Shown: positions 10,070 through 19,937 of the stretch, piece by piece
Position numbering within the stretch: position 1 is the first letter of the stretch
Layout: each line of letters opens with the position of its first letter
Program-made: the position numbers and the translations under genes
The notes under the pieces: generated by a model
The model's database searches: none
What the model was told of the DNA's origin: nothing
Seen by the model: only the letters and a program-made list of their open reading frames with translations
IMG/VR virus record: IMGVR_UViG_3300027708_002747
Coordinates: 20,682-84,681 of that record
From: a virus
Reading direction: 5' to 3' (one strand)
Length of the DNA stretch: 64,000 bases

Positions 10070-11128
10070 ATGGAAGATAGAATTTTAAAGATTGGAGAAT
10101 CAATCTCAAATCTAAAAAACAAAAAAAATAAAATATATTTTTTTGTACAAGACACTAAAGGTAATGCTAAAGCGTCCGTAAGGTACATTTATCAAATGGC
10201 AAATGCTTTACTTAAGGAAGGATATAACCCGATTATTTTACATGAAAAACCTGATTATTTTGGTGTTTCTAGTTGGTTAGGTGAACAATATTCTAATTTA
10301 CCTCACCAATCAATTGAGGGTCAAAACTTACAAGTGGCACCTGAAGACTTTATTATTATTCCCGAAATTTTCGGTTATGTAATGTCACAATTAACGAATG
10401 TTAAATGTACAAAAATTGTGTTATCACAAGCGTACGACCAAATTTTTGAGACATTACAACCAGGTCAATCATGGACACAATTTGGGTTTACAAAATGTAT
10501 TACAACTTCAGACACTCAAAAAAAATATATTTCACAGTACATTAAAAATGTCTCAACCGAAATTATTGAACCTGTGACTTCTGAGATTTTTCAAAAATCA
10601 AAGTATCCTGCAAAACCAATTATTGCAATCTCCTCAAGAGAACAAAGAGATGCTATCAATGTGATTAAATCATTTTATCAAAGATATCCTCAATTTAGAT
10701 GGATTACTTTCAGAGATATGAGAGGATTAAGTGAGGAAGAATTTGCTAACACATTAAAAGATTGTATGTTATCTGTTTGGGATGATAGAACAAGTGCGTT
10801 TGGTACATTCCCATTAGAGTCCATGAAGTGTGGAGTACCTGTAATTGGTGTTATACCAAAGATGGTACCTGAATGGATGAATGAAGATAATGGAATTTGG
10901 ATACAAGACGAATTAAATTTAGTCAACTTTATTGGTGAGTATATTCAAAATTGGTTAGAAGATAATATCTCAGAAGAGATATATAATGGAATGGAAAAAT
11001 GTTCGTTAAAATATAGTGATGTTAATAATTTTGAAAATAAAATTATTTCATTATTTGACGAATATACCAAATCAAAATTAAACGTTTTTGAAACCGAATA
11101 CAATAAATTACAACTTATAGAACAATAA
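10070..11128 (+). CDS. GT-B (GT4-like) glycosyltransferase
   Basis: 'DFIIIPE' and 'SAFGTFPLESMKCGVPVIG' (E.FG...LEAM..G.PV pattern). Confidence 0.7.
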   Translation: MEDRILKIGESISNLKNKKNKIYFFVQDTKGNAKASVRYIYQMANALLKEGYNPIILHEKPDYFGVSSWLGEQYSNLPHQSIEGQNLQVAPEDFIIIPEIFGYVMSQLTNVKCTKIVLSQAYDQIFETLQPGQSWTQFGFTKCITTSDTQKKYISQYIKNVSTEIIEPVTSEIFQKSKYPAKPIIAISSREQRDAINVIKSFYQRYPQFRWITFRDMRGLSEEEFANTLKDCMLSVWDDRTSAFGTFPLESMKCGVPVIGVIPKMVPEWMNEDNGIWIQDELNLVNFIGEYIQNWLEDNISEEIYNGMEKCSLKYSDVNNFENKIISLFDEYTKSKLNVFETEYNKLQLIEQ

Positions 11129-11132
11129 AATT

Positions 11133-11939
11133 ATGGAGAATATTTTAGATTTAAGCGTCATCTTACCAATTAAAACAAATTTAGTTAAAGATTTTGTAGA
11201 ACTTTTTAGTAAATCGATTGAATCAATTCAATTACAACCTATTAAACCTAAAGAATTAATAATTGTTCACTCAGGTGAAGAAAATTTAATTGATTTTTTA
11301 GAATCATATGATTTTGGAGATTTAAATGTTAGAAAAATTAAATTTGAAGAGGAGCCTAATTTTTCGTCTCAAGTTAATTTAGGTATTGAAAAATCAAATA
11401 CTAAATGGGTTAGTATCTTAGAATTTGATGATGAGTATGCCAAAATTTGGTTTAAAAATGTTAAATCATATATTGAAGTTTATCCTGACGTAGATGCATT
11501 TCTACCAATAGTGGTTGATGTTGATAACAAAATGGTATTTGCAGGATTTACTAATGAGGCAACATTTGCAGCCAATTTTAGTCAAGAAATGGGTTACCTA
11601 ACAAATGAAACATTATTAAATTATCAAAATTTCCAAACCTCAGGTATGGTATTTAAGAAATTGATTGTTGAGGATTTTGGAGGATTTAAACCAAGTTTTA
11701 AATTAACATTCCCTTATGAATTTTTATTGAGAATGACTTATAACTCGGCAAAAATTATGACAATTCCTAAAATTGGTTACAAACATATGAACCTTAGAGA
11801 AGGGTCATTATTTTGGGAATACAAAAATGGTGAAAATAAAGTTGGGGAAAGTGAAGTTCAGTTTTGGGTATCTTTGGCAAAAAAAGAGTATTTCTTTTCT
11901 ACCGACAGGAACATAAAATATTCTCAAGAAAATGCTTGA
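11133..11939 (+). CDS. GT2-like glycosyltransferase
   Basis: 'LSVILPI', 'VNLGIE...WVSILEFDDEY'. Confidence 0.7.
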   Translation: MENILDLSVILPIKTNLVKDFVELFSKSIESIQLQPIKPKELIIVHSGEENLIDFLESYDFGDLNVRKIKFEEEPNFSSQVNLGIEKSNTKWVSILEFDDEYAKIWFKNVKSYIEVYPDVDAFLPIVVDVDNKMVFAGFTNEATFAANFSQEMGYLTNETLLNYQNFQTSGMVFKKLIVEDFGGFKPSFKLTFPYEFLLRMTYNSAKIMTIPKIGYKHMNLREGSLFWEYKNGENKVGESEVQFWVSLAKKEYFFSTDRNIKYSQENA

Positions 11940-12676
11940 TGACTATAAGTTCAAGTACTGAGATGATTGAAGTTTCTAAAAAAAAGAAACCAACCACTGA
12001 AAATTATTTTGACATAAGAGAAGAAAATGCGGTTAGAATGTTTCTAACCGCATCTACTTTTGATGAAAAAAACAAAATATATAACGACTTTTTGAGACAT
12101 CCTTTAGATAAAATGATATCCTCAATTATTCGAAGATATAAGTTGTATAGAAAAGACATGGATTTTATCGATATCCATACTGATACACATTCTTTTTTGA
12201 TGACAAAAATTGACAAATTTAGTCCCTCAAAAGAAAAAAAAGCATATTCTTATTTTGGTACAATCTGTAAAAACTATTTAATGGGACAGATTTTAAAAGA
12301 CCAAAAAGAAATGAATCGAAAAGTGTCTTATGAAGACATATCAGGTGATTTAGAAAATAGAGCTGAAATGGTTTATTACTTGGATGTTGAACCGGATGTT
12401 GAAGTAAATGTTATACCAATTTTAAAATCATACATTAAAAATGTTTTAGAAGAAAATGATTTAAATGAAAATGAAATAAAATTGGGTATTGCGTTAATTG
12501 AAGTATTAGATAATTACGAAACAATATTTCCGGCAAGCGATAATAATAAGTTTAACAAAAATGTAATTCTTTTGTCTTTAAGAGAAATGACGAATCTTTC
12601 AACTAAAGAAATAAGAGCTTCCATGAAAAAATATAAAAAAATATATTTAGGTCTTATAGAAATCAAACCAGATTAA
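11939..12676 (+). CDS. gp55: phage sigma factor, T4 gp55-like late sigma
   Basis: 'KIDKFSPSKEKKAYSYFGTICKNYL' matches the region-2 pattern (F.P.K...AF.YFT.I..N.F) of phage late sigmas; start reassigned to ATG 11939. Confidence 0.7.
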   Translation: MTISSSTEMIEVSKKKKPTTENYFDIREENAVRMFLTASTFDEKNKIYNDFLRHPLDKMISSIIRRYKLYRKDMDFIDIHTDTHSFLMTKIDKFSPSKEKKAYSYFGTICKNYLMGQILKDQKEMNRKVSYEDISGDLENRAEMVYYLDVEPDVEVNVIPILKSYIKNVLEENDLNENEIKLGIALIEVLDNYETIFPASDNNKFNKNVILLSLREMTNLSTKEIRASMKKYKKIYLGLIEIKPD

Positions 12677-12702
12677 TTTTTTTTTAAAAACTATTTATTG
12701 GT

Positions 12703-13065
12703 ATGACTAAACCAAAGAAAAAACAAATTAATTTTACTAAAGACTCAATCCTTGTTTTAATGCAGGAAATTTATAATGAGTTGGTTGAGCAACGTTCAAC
12801 TGCAATCAGAATCCAAAATAAAATGGTTTCTATGATGAAGGAACCTGAAGACATGACTCTAATTGGGCCTGTTATCGAAAAACAACAGAAAATAATCAAC
12901 GACTGTGTTGATAAAAAATTACAACTTTCAAAATTACAATCAGGTATTTGGGAAAAACAAAGTTCAAAAGAAGATTCATTTGATATCTCAAATATGGATG
13001 ATGATGTTTTACAAGGTTTATTAGATAAAGATATAAATTCTGATAATCAAAAATTTAGTTTGTAA
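12703..13065 (+). CDS. hypothetical coiled-coil protein
   Basis: 120-aa ORF; TATTTAT at 12692-12698. Confidence 0.6.
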   Translation: MTKPKKKQINFTKDSILVLMQEIYNELVEQRSTAIRIQNKMVSMMKEPEDMTLIGPVIEKQQKIINDCVDKKLQLSKLQSGIWEKQSSKEDSFDISNMDDDVLQGLLDKDINSDNQKFSL

Positions 13066-14987
13066 TGGCAATTAGTATTGAGGAAGGTTTTGAACAAAGT
13101 AAGAATAAACTTAAAGTTTATAAAACTTTTGTGCAATCAAAAGCTGAAATTAAAAAACAAAAACTCAAAAACAAACTTGACGAAAAAAAACTTGCAAGAC
13201 AACAAAAATCATTAGAAAGAGCAAAAAAAAACCAAGAAAGAAAAGAAAAAGCTCAATCAAGTTATGACCAACTTATTGATATTTTACAAATGGCCAAAGG
13301 TGCCGCAAAGCCAAAAGATAATTATATTACAAAACTTTTAATTAAAGTTGCTAAAGATATTAAACCAAAAATCTCTGAAATAGTTTCAGAAGAAATGTTA
13401 AAATCTTTAAATTGTTCTGAAGAAAGTACCTACAACAATGATGTAATATATATTAAAGTCAGTACTTTAGATTTAGGAAAAATATTACTTATAAATCCAA
13501 CAGATACCTGGGGGAAATGTATATATGAACGAAATCCTTATGACGGTGTGTCAAATTTAAAATCAACAAATCAACTTTTATATTATTTAATCCAAACACC
13601 TAACTCTCTTTCTCAGGGTGGTATTAACGGTATTACCAATCCTGTTAATACTCAATATAAAGGATTAAGTGGACAAAATCTTTTTGATATACAATTTGTA
13701 ACGTCAGATGGTAATGGTACTCCAGGTCAATATTATAAAATTACATTAGCAAATCGAGCATTACAATTAAATCGAGTTTCTGACTTTATTGTTGATTATT
13801 TTAAAACTAACTCATTATTAGATTTAAGATTTTTATTAACAACTTTAATTGATATTGTTTTAGGTAGTGTATCGGCAGATTTAAAGTTCGGAGATAACCA
13901 ACTAGACGACTCAACAAAATTTGGTTTAATAATACAAAGGATATTAGGTCAATGTCAGGATTATAATGTTGAAATTGATGTTGGGGGTCAAGCAAAATAC
14001 CCGGAAGTTGACAATTCCACAGATACTATTTTTGAAATGGAATCTAATGATTTGAGTTTTATAAATGAAAGAGTCCAATCGATTAAATCAGGTATTAGAG
14101 AATTTGTTGATTGTGGAAACATTGCATTACCAATATCAGGTACAAATTATTTATCGGACAATATTAATCAAGTAGGTGATAATGGAGAAAATTTTGAAAA
14201 TGAAATTAATAACATTATAACTAATTTAGTTAACGACCCAAGGTGGGTTGCTAATTTTCCATTCCCTGATGATTTATCATTAAGTATAAATAAAGATTTA
14301 ATACAACAATTACCGTTAGCAATAATTAAATCTATTTTAACACCAAAAGTATTATTACCATATGTTATTATGGCAAAAGCTGTAAATAATATGTTTAATG
14401 ATTCTATCGAGGGTTATAATAATTTTTTAAGAAATAATAGAGCGTTAATTGATGGGATTACAAGTAGAATAATTGCATTATTTTTAGAAGCTTTATTAAT
14501 TGAAATTAAAAAGATTGTTATTGCTCTGGCTAAAACAATTGTTCAAGACATGACTGGTGAAAAAAAGGCAACAATTGCAAGAGTTATAAATAATATTGTT
14601 TCATTATCTGTTTTTATTGCTCAAACAATTAATGATTTTAGAGAATGTAGAAGTTTAGTAGACACGTTATTAAGATTATTCCAACTAAGAATTCCACTAC
14701 CAAAACAAATCACACCGACACCAATTTTAGCATTATCTGACATATTAGATGGAGCGTCAACTAATAGAGCTTATATGAATCATTTAGAGTTTTTACAAAG
14801 TTTAGGATTACCAACAGGACCAAATCCTAATGGAACTCCAATGTATTCAAATATGGAAGGATTCTCAATAATGCAAGGATTAAATAAAGAAAAGGAAGAG
14901 AATGGTAAAACAGAAATGTTTATCAAACCAATACCTATCGCAGGATACGCAACCAGCCCAGTCAGAGTTACAGGAAAATACTTTTAA
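13065..14987 (+). CDS. putative virion/baseplate-associated protein
   Basis: 640-aa ORF in an operon with the gp5-like gene; no diagnostic motif. Confidence 0.4.
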   Translation: MAISIEEGFEQSKNKLKVYKTFVQSKAEIKKQKLKNKLDEKKLARQQKSLERAKKNQERKEKAQSSYDQLIDILQMAKGAAKPKDNYITKLLIKVAKDIKPKISEIVSEEMLKSLNCSEESTYNNDVIYIKVSTLDLGKILLINPTDTWGKCIYERNPYDGVSNLKSTNQLLYYLIQTPNSLSQGGINGITNPVNTQYKGLSGQNLFDIQFVTSDGNGTPGQYYKITLANRALQLNRVSDFIVDYFKTNSLLDLRFLLTTLIDIVLGSVSADLKFGDNQLDDSTKFGLIIQRILGQCQDYNVEIDVGGQAKYPEVDNSTDTIFEMESNDLSFINERVQSIKSGIREFVDCGNIALPISGTNYLSDNINQVGDNGENFENEINNIITNLVNDPRWVANFPFPDDLSLSINKDLIQQLPLAIIKSILTPKVLLPYVIMAKAVNNMFNDSIEGYNNFLRNNRALIDGITSRIIALFLEALLIEIKKIVIALAKTIVQDMTGEKKATIARVINNIVSLSVFIAQTINDFRECRSLVDTLLRLFQLRIPLPKQITPTPILALSDILDGASTNRAYMNHLEFLQSLGLPTGPNPNGTPMYSNMEGFSIMQGLNKEKEENGKTEMFIKPIPIAGYATSPVRVTGKYF

Positions 14988-14988
14988 T

Positions 14989-15186
14989 ATGGACCAAAAA
15001 ATATTTAATATAATAAAAGAACATAAGGATAGACCAAATAGAGATTTGGAAACTGCCATGAACTATCTAAATGAAGAATTTGAAAAAACTAAAGATTTAA
15101 TAGTTAAATTATCTAAACATTTAGATAATGTTGAATTTAACTATAATAAAGTGTTAAAAGAACACGAATCTCGTAAAAAATCATGA
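14989..15186 (+). CDS. small coiled-coil hypothetical protein
   Basis: ATG 14989 directly after the upstream stop; 65 aa. Confidence 0.55.
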   Translation: MDQKIFNIIKEHKDRPNRDLETAMNYLNEEFEKTKDLIVKLSKHLDNVEFNYNKVLKEHESRKKS

Positions 15187-16745
15187 TTAAAAAAATAATA
15201 TACGGTGGTAGAGTAATTGCCAACAATGACCCATGGATGATTGGACGTATTAGAATTCATCCTGATGATGAGGTTATTCAACAAATTTTAAATTCCATAA
15301 AAGGACAATATAATTCACAAGGAGTTTCAATACTAAATGATAATCAAAGTGATATTCGAGATGTTTTCCAATTTACATCTAAAGACCCATTTGTTTATTT
15401 ACCTTTATTACCTATAAATCTTTCAATTTTACCTGAAATAAATGAGTATGTTAATATCATTTATTCTAATAAAGAAGAAAATACAGGTAGAAAAAACCAA
15501 TATTATGTTGCGAGTACTAAAAGTACTGTTATGAATATTGCGTATGAACAAAATTCTGCAACAAAATCAATTTTAGCTGAAGGGTCGAATATTGCCCAAA
15601 ACTTATCAATTAAAAACTACGATGGTACATACCCAAACACAAAATCTAAAGGTGTTTTTGCGGAACCTCAAGATATTGGTATTTACTCAAAAGGAAGGTC
15701 TGATATTATTTTAAAAGATGGTGAGGTTTTAATTAGAGCCGTAAAAACAACATCACTTGAACAAACACAAAGACCTCAGGTTAATCAAAAAAGAACTTTT
15801 TTACAATTATCGTATTTTGATAAAAAATTAACTTACTTACCTGAAAAAACTATTCAAGTACCATTTTTGGTTGATAATAATGTAAAAAAATTATTAGAGT
15901 ATGATGTTATTAACATTAATAACTCAACACAGGGAAATTACACTGGTAGTATAACAATTTATAATTTACCACCTATTGATTTAACAAAAGTTTCAGTATT
16001 CAACCAAGATACATCATTACCCTCGACTGTAACAACACCGGCTTATATTGACGAATTTATTAATTTATCCGAAGAAGAATTAGTATTAAGAATTAATGAT
16101 GCGATTGGTGGATTAAATAGAGGTAAAGTTGAGGGGTATAATAAACCTGATTATTTTGCAACTGATGGTGAAAGATTTCCATTTTATTATAGACCCGGTG
16201 TTAATTTAAAAACTGCGTTACAAAACCCAATAGTGTCGGCTAGTTATATAAACGCTGCTTCAATAACTAATAAAATTAAATTTGTCGGGTCAACATTGAA
16301 TAAAGGTTATGATTTAGTATCTGAACAAAATAGAACTGGAAGGATAACTGACTACTCCAAAATTAAAACACAGGATATCCAAGTTTCACCTATACAAGAA
16401 GGTTATGCGGTTTTAGGTGGTGATAATCTTTATTTATTATCTCACAATTCGTTTATACCCGGAAAACAAAAATTAAATCTTGGTGATGATACTGTTTATG
16501 GTATTCCTGTTGATGAATTATCATTAAACTACATTAAAAATACTTCAGGGATTGTTAGAGGTGACCAATTAAAAGAACTTTTAAATTTAATAATACAGTT
16601 TTTAACTGACCATACACACCCTTGGCACAACTTACCTCCTGACGAACAACCTTTTAGTGGTAAAGGAATATCTAAATCATTAATAACTTCAGAGATGGCA
16701 TTATTCGATTCTAAAGTAATTAATCAAAATATTAGAACGAATTGA
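15183..16745 (+). CDS. baseplate hub/central spike protein (gp5-like)
   Basis: N-terminal OB-fold motif 'GRVIANNDPWMIGRIRI'; C-terminal 'VRGDQLKELL...HTH' metal-binding spike tip. Confidence 0.65.
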   Translation: MIKKIIYGGRVIANNDPWMIGRIRIHPDDEVIQQILNSIKGQYNSQGVSILNDNQSDIRDVFQFTSKDPFVYLPLLPINLSILPEINEYVNIIYSNKEENTGRKNQYYVASTKSTVMNIAYEQNSATKSILAEGSNIAQNLSIKNYDGTYPNTKSKGVFAEPQDIGIYSKGRSDIILKDGEVLIRAVKTTSLEQTQRPQVNQKRTFLQLSYFDKKLTYLPEKTIQVPFLVDNNVKKLLEYDVININNSTQGNYTGSITIYNLPPIDLTKVSVFNQDTSLPSTVTTPAYIDEFINLSEEELVLRINDAIGGLNRGKVEGYNKPDYFATDGERFPFYYRPGVNLKTALQNPIVSASYINAASITNKIKFVGSTLNKGYDLVSEQNRTGRITDYSKIKTQDIQVSPIQEGYAVLGGDNLYLLSHNSFIPGKQKLNLGDDTVYGIPVDELSLNYIKNTSGIVRGDQLKELLNLIIQFLTDHTHPWHNLPPDEQPFSGKGISKSLITSEMALFDSKVINQNIRTN

Positions 16746-16764
16746 TATTTATTGAAAAAAGATA

Positions 16765-18258
16765 ATGTCAATTCATCGTTCATATTTTAATAGAAACAAT
16801 ACAATTCAATATAACAGTTTCACAAACACTGGTAAATCACCATGGACTGAACTGTATTTTGGGTCAGCAAACGATTCTATAAGTCCATCAGGATTTAGTC
16901 GTTTTATATTTGATTTAGATTTGAGTTCATTAACTCAAAAGTTTTCTAATAAAACAATCTCAACAGGTTGTACAGGATTTTCAGGTATAACTCATACTTT
17001 AAGAATGACAAATACTTCGTCATTTGATAATGAGTTATTAAATGATACTACATCAATAGGTCGAAGAAGAGCCACCTCGTTTGATTTAATTTTATTTAGA
17101 ATACCATTAACTTCAGGTACTACAGGTAACCCACAACCTTGGGATGAAGGCGTTGGGTATGATTACTATAATGTAACAAAAACTTTAAATACATCTAACG
17201 GATTATTAACACCAATTGCCTTACCACAAGATAAGTCATCTTCCCAAAGGCCATCTAATTGGTTTCAAACTACAACATTAAGTGGATGGAGCACTAATGG
17301 AATATATAATAATACCAATGGTGGTAATGTTAATTATTCAGATTTAATTATTGTCGATACTCAACACTTTGAATTTGGTAATGAAGATATTGAGTTTAAT
17401 ATGACAAATGAAATTAATCAATACCTTACAGGTTCCACATCAGGATTTACAGGATGGGGTATTGCTTATTTACCTCAGTTAGAAAATTTGACAGGGTTAA
17501 CTGAAAATTATTCTGTTGGATTTTTTACAAGACACACACAAACATTTTATGACCCGTTTTTAGAAACAAACTATGATGATTTAGTCCAAGATGACAGAAA
17601 CTCTTTTTATTCTAATAAAAGTAATAGTTTATATCTTTATACTTACATTGATGGTGACCCAATTACGTTAGATAATTTACCAATAGTCACCATTGAAAAT
17701 AATAATGGCAATGTTGTTGGGGTCTATACATCTTGTACTAAAACTCAAGGTGTTTATGAAATAACTACTACATCAATGACTGCAACAACACCTTGTATGT
17801 TTACAGATACTTGGTCTAACTTATCATATAATAACGTTTCAATACCAAATGTTGTAAACGATTTAACATTACTACCGTATAAATTTGGATTTTCTTTGTC
17901 TCCAAATAGTAAAGAACCTGAATTATACGGTTTTGACTTTTATGGTATTAAACAAGATGAAAAAGTTTTAAATACAGATATTCGTAGAGTTGGTGTTGTA
18001 ATTAAAAAAGCATATACCTCATCACAGATATTAACACCTGTAAGTTCTTATTATAGAGTTTATGTTATGGAAGGAACAACAGAAGTTCAAGTTCAAGATT
18101 GGACACAAGTTAATAGAAGTTCCAATGAATATTATTTTGTGTTTGATACGAGAGATAAAATACCTAATGAATATAATATTGATATTAAAGTTTATTCTTC
18201 GGGAGAAGTTAATACTTATAAAAAAACACTAACATTCCAAATAGTCGACAAAAAATGA
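16765..18258 (+). CDS. putative virion structural protein (beta-rich)
   Basis: Thr/Ser/Gly-rich; 'SRFIFDLD', 'WDEGVGYDY', 'FFTRHTQTFYDPFLE'; TATTTAT at 16746. Confidence 0.5.
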   Translation: MSIHRSYFNRNNTIQYNSFTNTGKSPWTELYFGSANDSISPSGFSRFIFDLDLSSLTQKFSNKTISTGCTGFSGITHTLRMTNTSSFDNELLNDTTSIGRRRATSFDLILFRIPLTSGTTGNPQPWDEGVGYDYYNVTKTLNTSNGLLTPIALPQDKSSSQRPSNWFQTTTLSGWSTNGIYNNTNGGNVNYSDLIIVDTQHFEFGNEDIEFNMTNEINQYLTGSTSGFTGWGIAYLPQLENLTGLTENYSVGFFTRHTQTFYDPFLETNYDDLVQDDRNSFYSNKSNSLYLYTYIDGDPITLDNLPIVTIENNNGNVVGVYTSCTKTQGVYEITTTSMTATTPCMFTDTWSNLSYNNVSIPNVVNDLTLLPYKFGFSLSPNSKEPELYGFDFYGIKQDEKVLNTDIRRVGVVIKKAYTSSQILTPVSSYYRVYVMEGTTEVQVQDWTQVNRSSNEYYFVFDTRDKIPNEYNIDIKVYSSGEVNTYKKTLTFQIVDKK

Positions 18259-18773
18259 AAAAAATAACACTAAAAGAAAACGAATACATTAAGTTATTAA
18301 AATTTGTTTTATCCGAAGTTTTACAACCAGGTGAAGATAAAATCGATATGATTTTAGATAAAATTAGTCAATCAGGTATGGAATCAATCACTCCTGAAGA
18401 AAAAGAAACTCTTGAAAAATTTACTAAAGGTATTTCAATAGAAGATGAGTCATCATCTAAAGATGATTTTATGGTTAAATCAGGTGGTTTTTGGTCTTTT
18501 GAATTCCCAGGTATGCCGTCATTTAAATTTAGATATGAGTCAACTCAAGATACTGAAGATGAAAAAATACATACAGGATATTTAACAGTTGATAATAGTG
18601 ATTACTACGGTGAAATTTATTGTGATACTGAAGGTAATTTTCAAACTTGTATGTTTGAAAATACGACTGAAGGAACTAATGTATTTGAAGATTATGAAGG
18701 TATTGAACACGATATTGAAGTGTTTTTAGATGTAGTCTGTAATGACCTAAAAGAAGATGATATGATTGCGTAA
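18255..18773 (+). CDS. hypothetical protein with a putative head-targeting leader
   Basis: 'MKKITLKENEYIKLLKFVLSE' leader followed by 'IDMILDKISQSGMESITPEEKETL'. Confidence 0.6.
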   Translation: MKKITLKENEYIKLLKFVLSEVLQPGEDKIDMILDKISQSGMESITPEEKETLEKFTKGISIEDESSSKDDFMVKSGGFWSFEFPGMPSFKFRYESTQDTEDEKIHTGYLTVDNSDYYGEIYCDTEGNFQTCMFENTTEGTNVFEDYEGIEHDIEVFLDVVCNDLKEDDMIA

Positions 18774-18774
18774 T

Positions 18775-19218
18775 ATGAAAAATTTAAATAACATAATTAA
18801 AAAAGTACTTAAAGAGGAAAATCAAAGATACATGTTTTTCTCTAACTTAGAACAAATGAAACGCCAATGCGAAATACTCCTTGGTAAAGATAAACAAATG
18901 ATAGAATCTATTTTAGATAATGGACATGATTGGGCTCAAGACCACATTGCAGAATCTAAAAATAATATGGACCAAGTTTTTGATTTTATAATGAATGAAA
19001 TCGAAGGTGAGGACTTTAGTAGTGATGACGCAGTTGATGTAATGTATGAAGGTCGTAAAAAAGCTGGTACTAAATTATGCGCTCGTGGTTTAGCATCGGC
19101 AAAGGCAAAATATGACGTATTTCCCTCAGCTTATAGTAATGGTCACGCTGTTCAAGTATGTAAAGGTAAAATCAAAGGTCTTGACGGAAAAAGACACTGT
19201 TCAGGAGCATATTGTTAA
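18775..19218 (+). CDS. hypothetical protein with a DUF5872-like C-terminal module
   Basis: Leader 'IIKKVLKEE'; 'CARG..AKAKYDVFPSAYSNGHAVQVCKG'. Confidence 0.55.
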   Translation: MKNLNNIIKKVLKEENQRYMFFSNLEQMKRQCEILLGKDKQMIESILDNGHDWAQDHIAESKNNMDQVFDFIMNEIEGEDFSSDDAVDVMYEGRKKAGTKLCARGLASAKAKYDVFPSAYSNGHAVQVCKGKIKGLDGKRHCSGAYC

Positions 19219-19226
19219 TCAATTAT

Positions 19227-19257
19227 TTTGAATTATTAAAAAATCGTAGTATATTTG
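19227..19257 (+). promoter_or_regulatory. Bacteroidota sigma70-type promoter
   Basis: TTTG(19227-30)-N19-TATATTTG(19250-57), upstream of 19277. Confidence 0.7.
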
Positions 19258-19276
19258 TAGTCAAATCATAAATGAC

Positions 19277-19681
19277 ATGACTATAATAAAAAAACTGTGG
19301 ATTAAGTATCGTCTGTATTTACGTAAATTAGACCGAAAGGATACCGAATTTGACATTTATATGTCTAACGTGAGGAAATGTTCCACCATATGTAGAAAAC
19401 TCATTCATTCTCAAGATTCTGAACTCATAATTGCCCCCATATCCGATAAAAAATATATCCGTAATGATAAATTAGGTATTTTTGTTACAATGGATGGTGG
19501 GCAAGTTACGATAACCAATCATACATACAGTTATTTTATTAAATTAAATAAAACTCAATGGGAAAAACTGGTTATCTCATTCCGTAGAGAAATGGAATAT
19601 AGAGCGATGGAGATTGAAAAAGAATTAGAAAGTCAAATTAATCACTCACTTGATAATATTTATAATAAAATAAATTGTTAA
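19277..19681 (+). CDS. hypothetical protein (host-type promoter)
   Basis: 134-aa ORF downstream of TAnnTTTG. Confidence 0.6.
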   Translation: MTIIKKLWIKYRLYLRKLDRKDTEFDIYMSNVRKCSTICRKLIHSQDSELIIAPISDKKYIRNDKLGIFVTMDGGQVTITNHTYSYFIKLNKTQWEKLVISFRREMEYRAMEIEKELESQINHSLDNIYNKINC

Positions 19682-19691
19682 TATTAAAATC

Positions 19692-19937
19692 ATGTCAAAG
19701 TTAGATACCCAAATTAAAAAAGTATTAAAAGAAATGTCAGAAGAACCAGAATACGGAAGACTTGATAGAGGTTTAGTTCAAGACGTTATTGATAGATTAC
19801 TATCAGATGAAACAGGTGGATATAAAGGAGCACTAAAAGCTTTAAATTCTGAATTTAGTACAGGACAATATTCAAGACCTGAAAGAACGTATGAACCTCT
19901 TAAGCCAGGTATTAGAGTTGGTAAAAGTATTTATTAA
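19692..19937 (+). CDS. hypothetical protein with a putative head-targeting leader
   Basis: 'MSKLDTQIKKVLKEMSEE'; TATTTAT at 19657. Confidence 0.55.
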   Translation: MSKLDTQIKKVLKEMSEEPEYGRLDRGLVQDVIDRLLSDETGGYKGALKALNSEFSTGQYSRPERTYEPLKPGIRVGKSIY

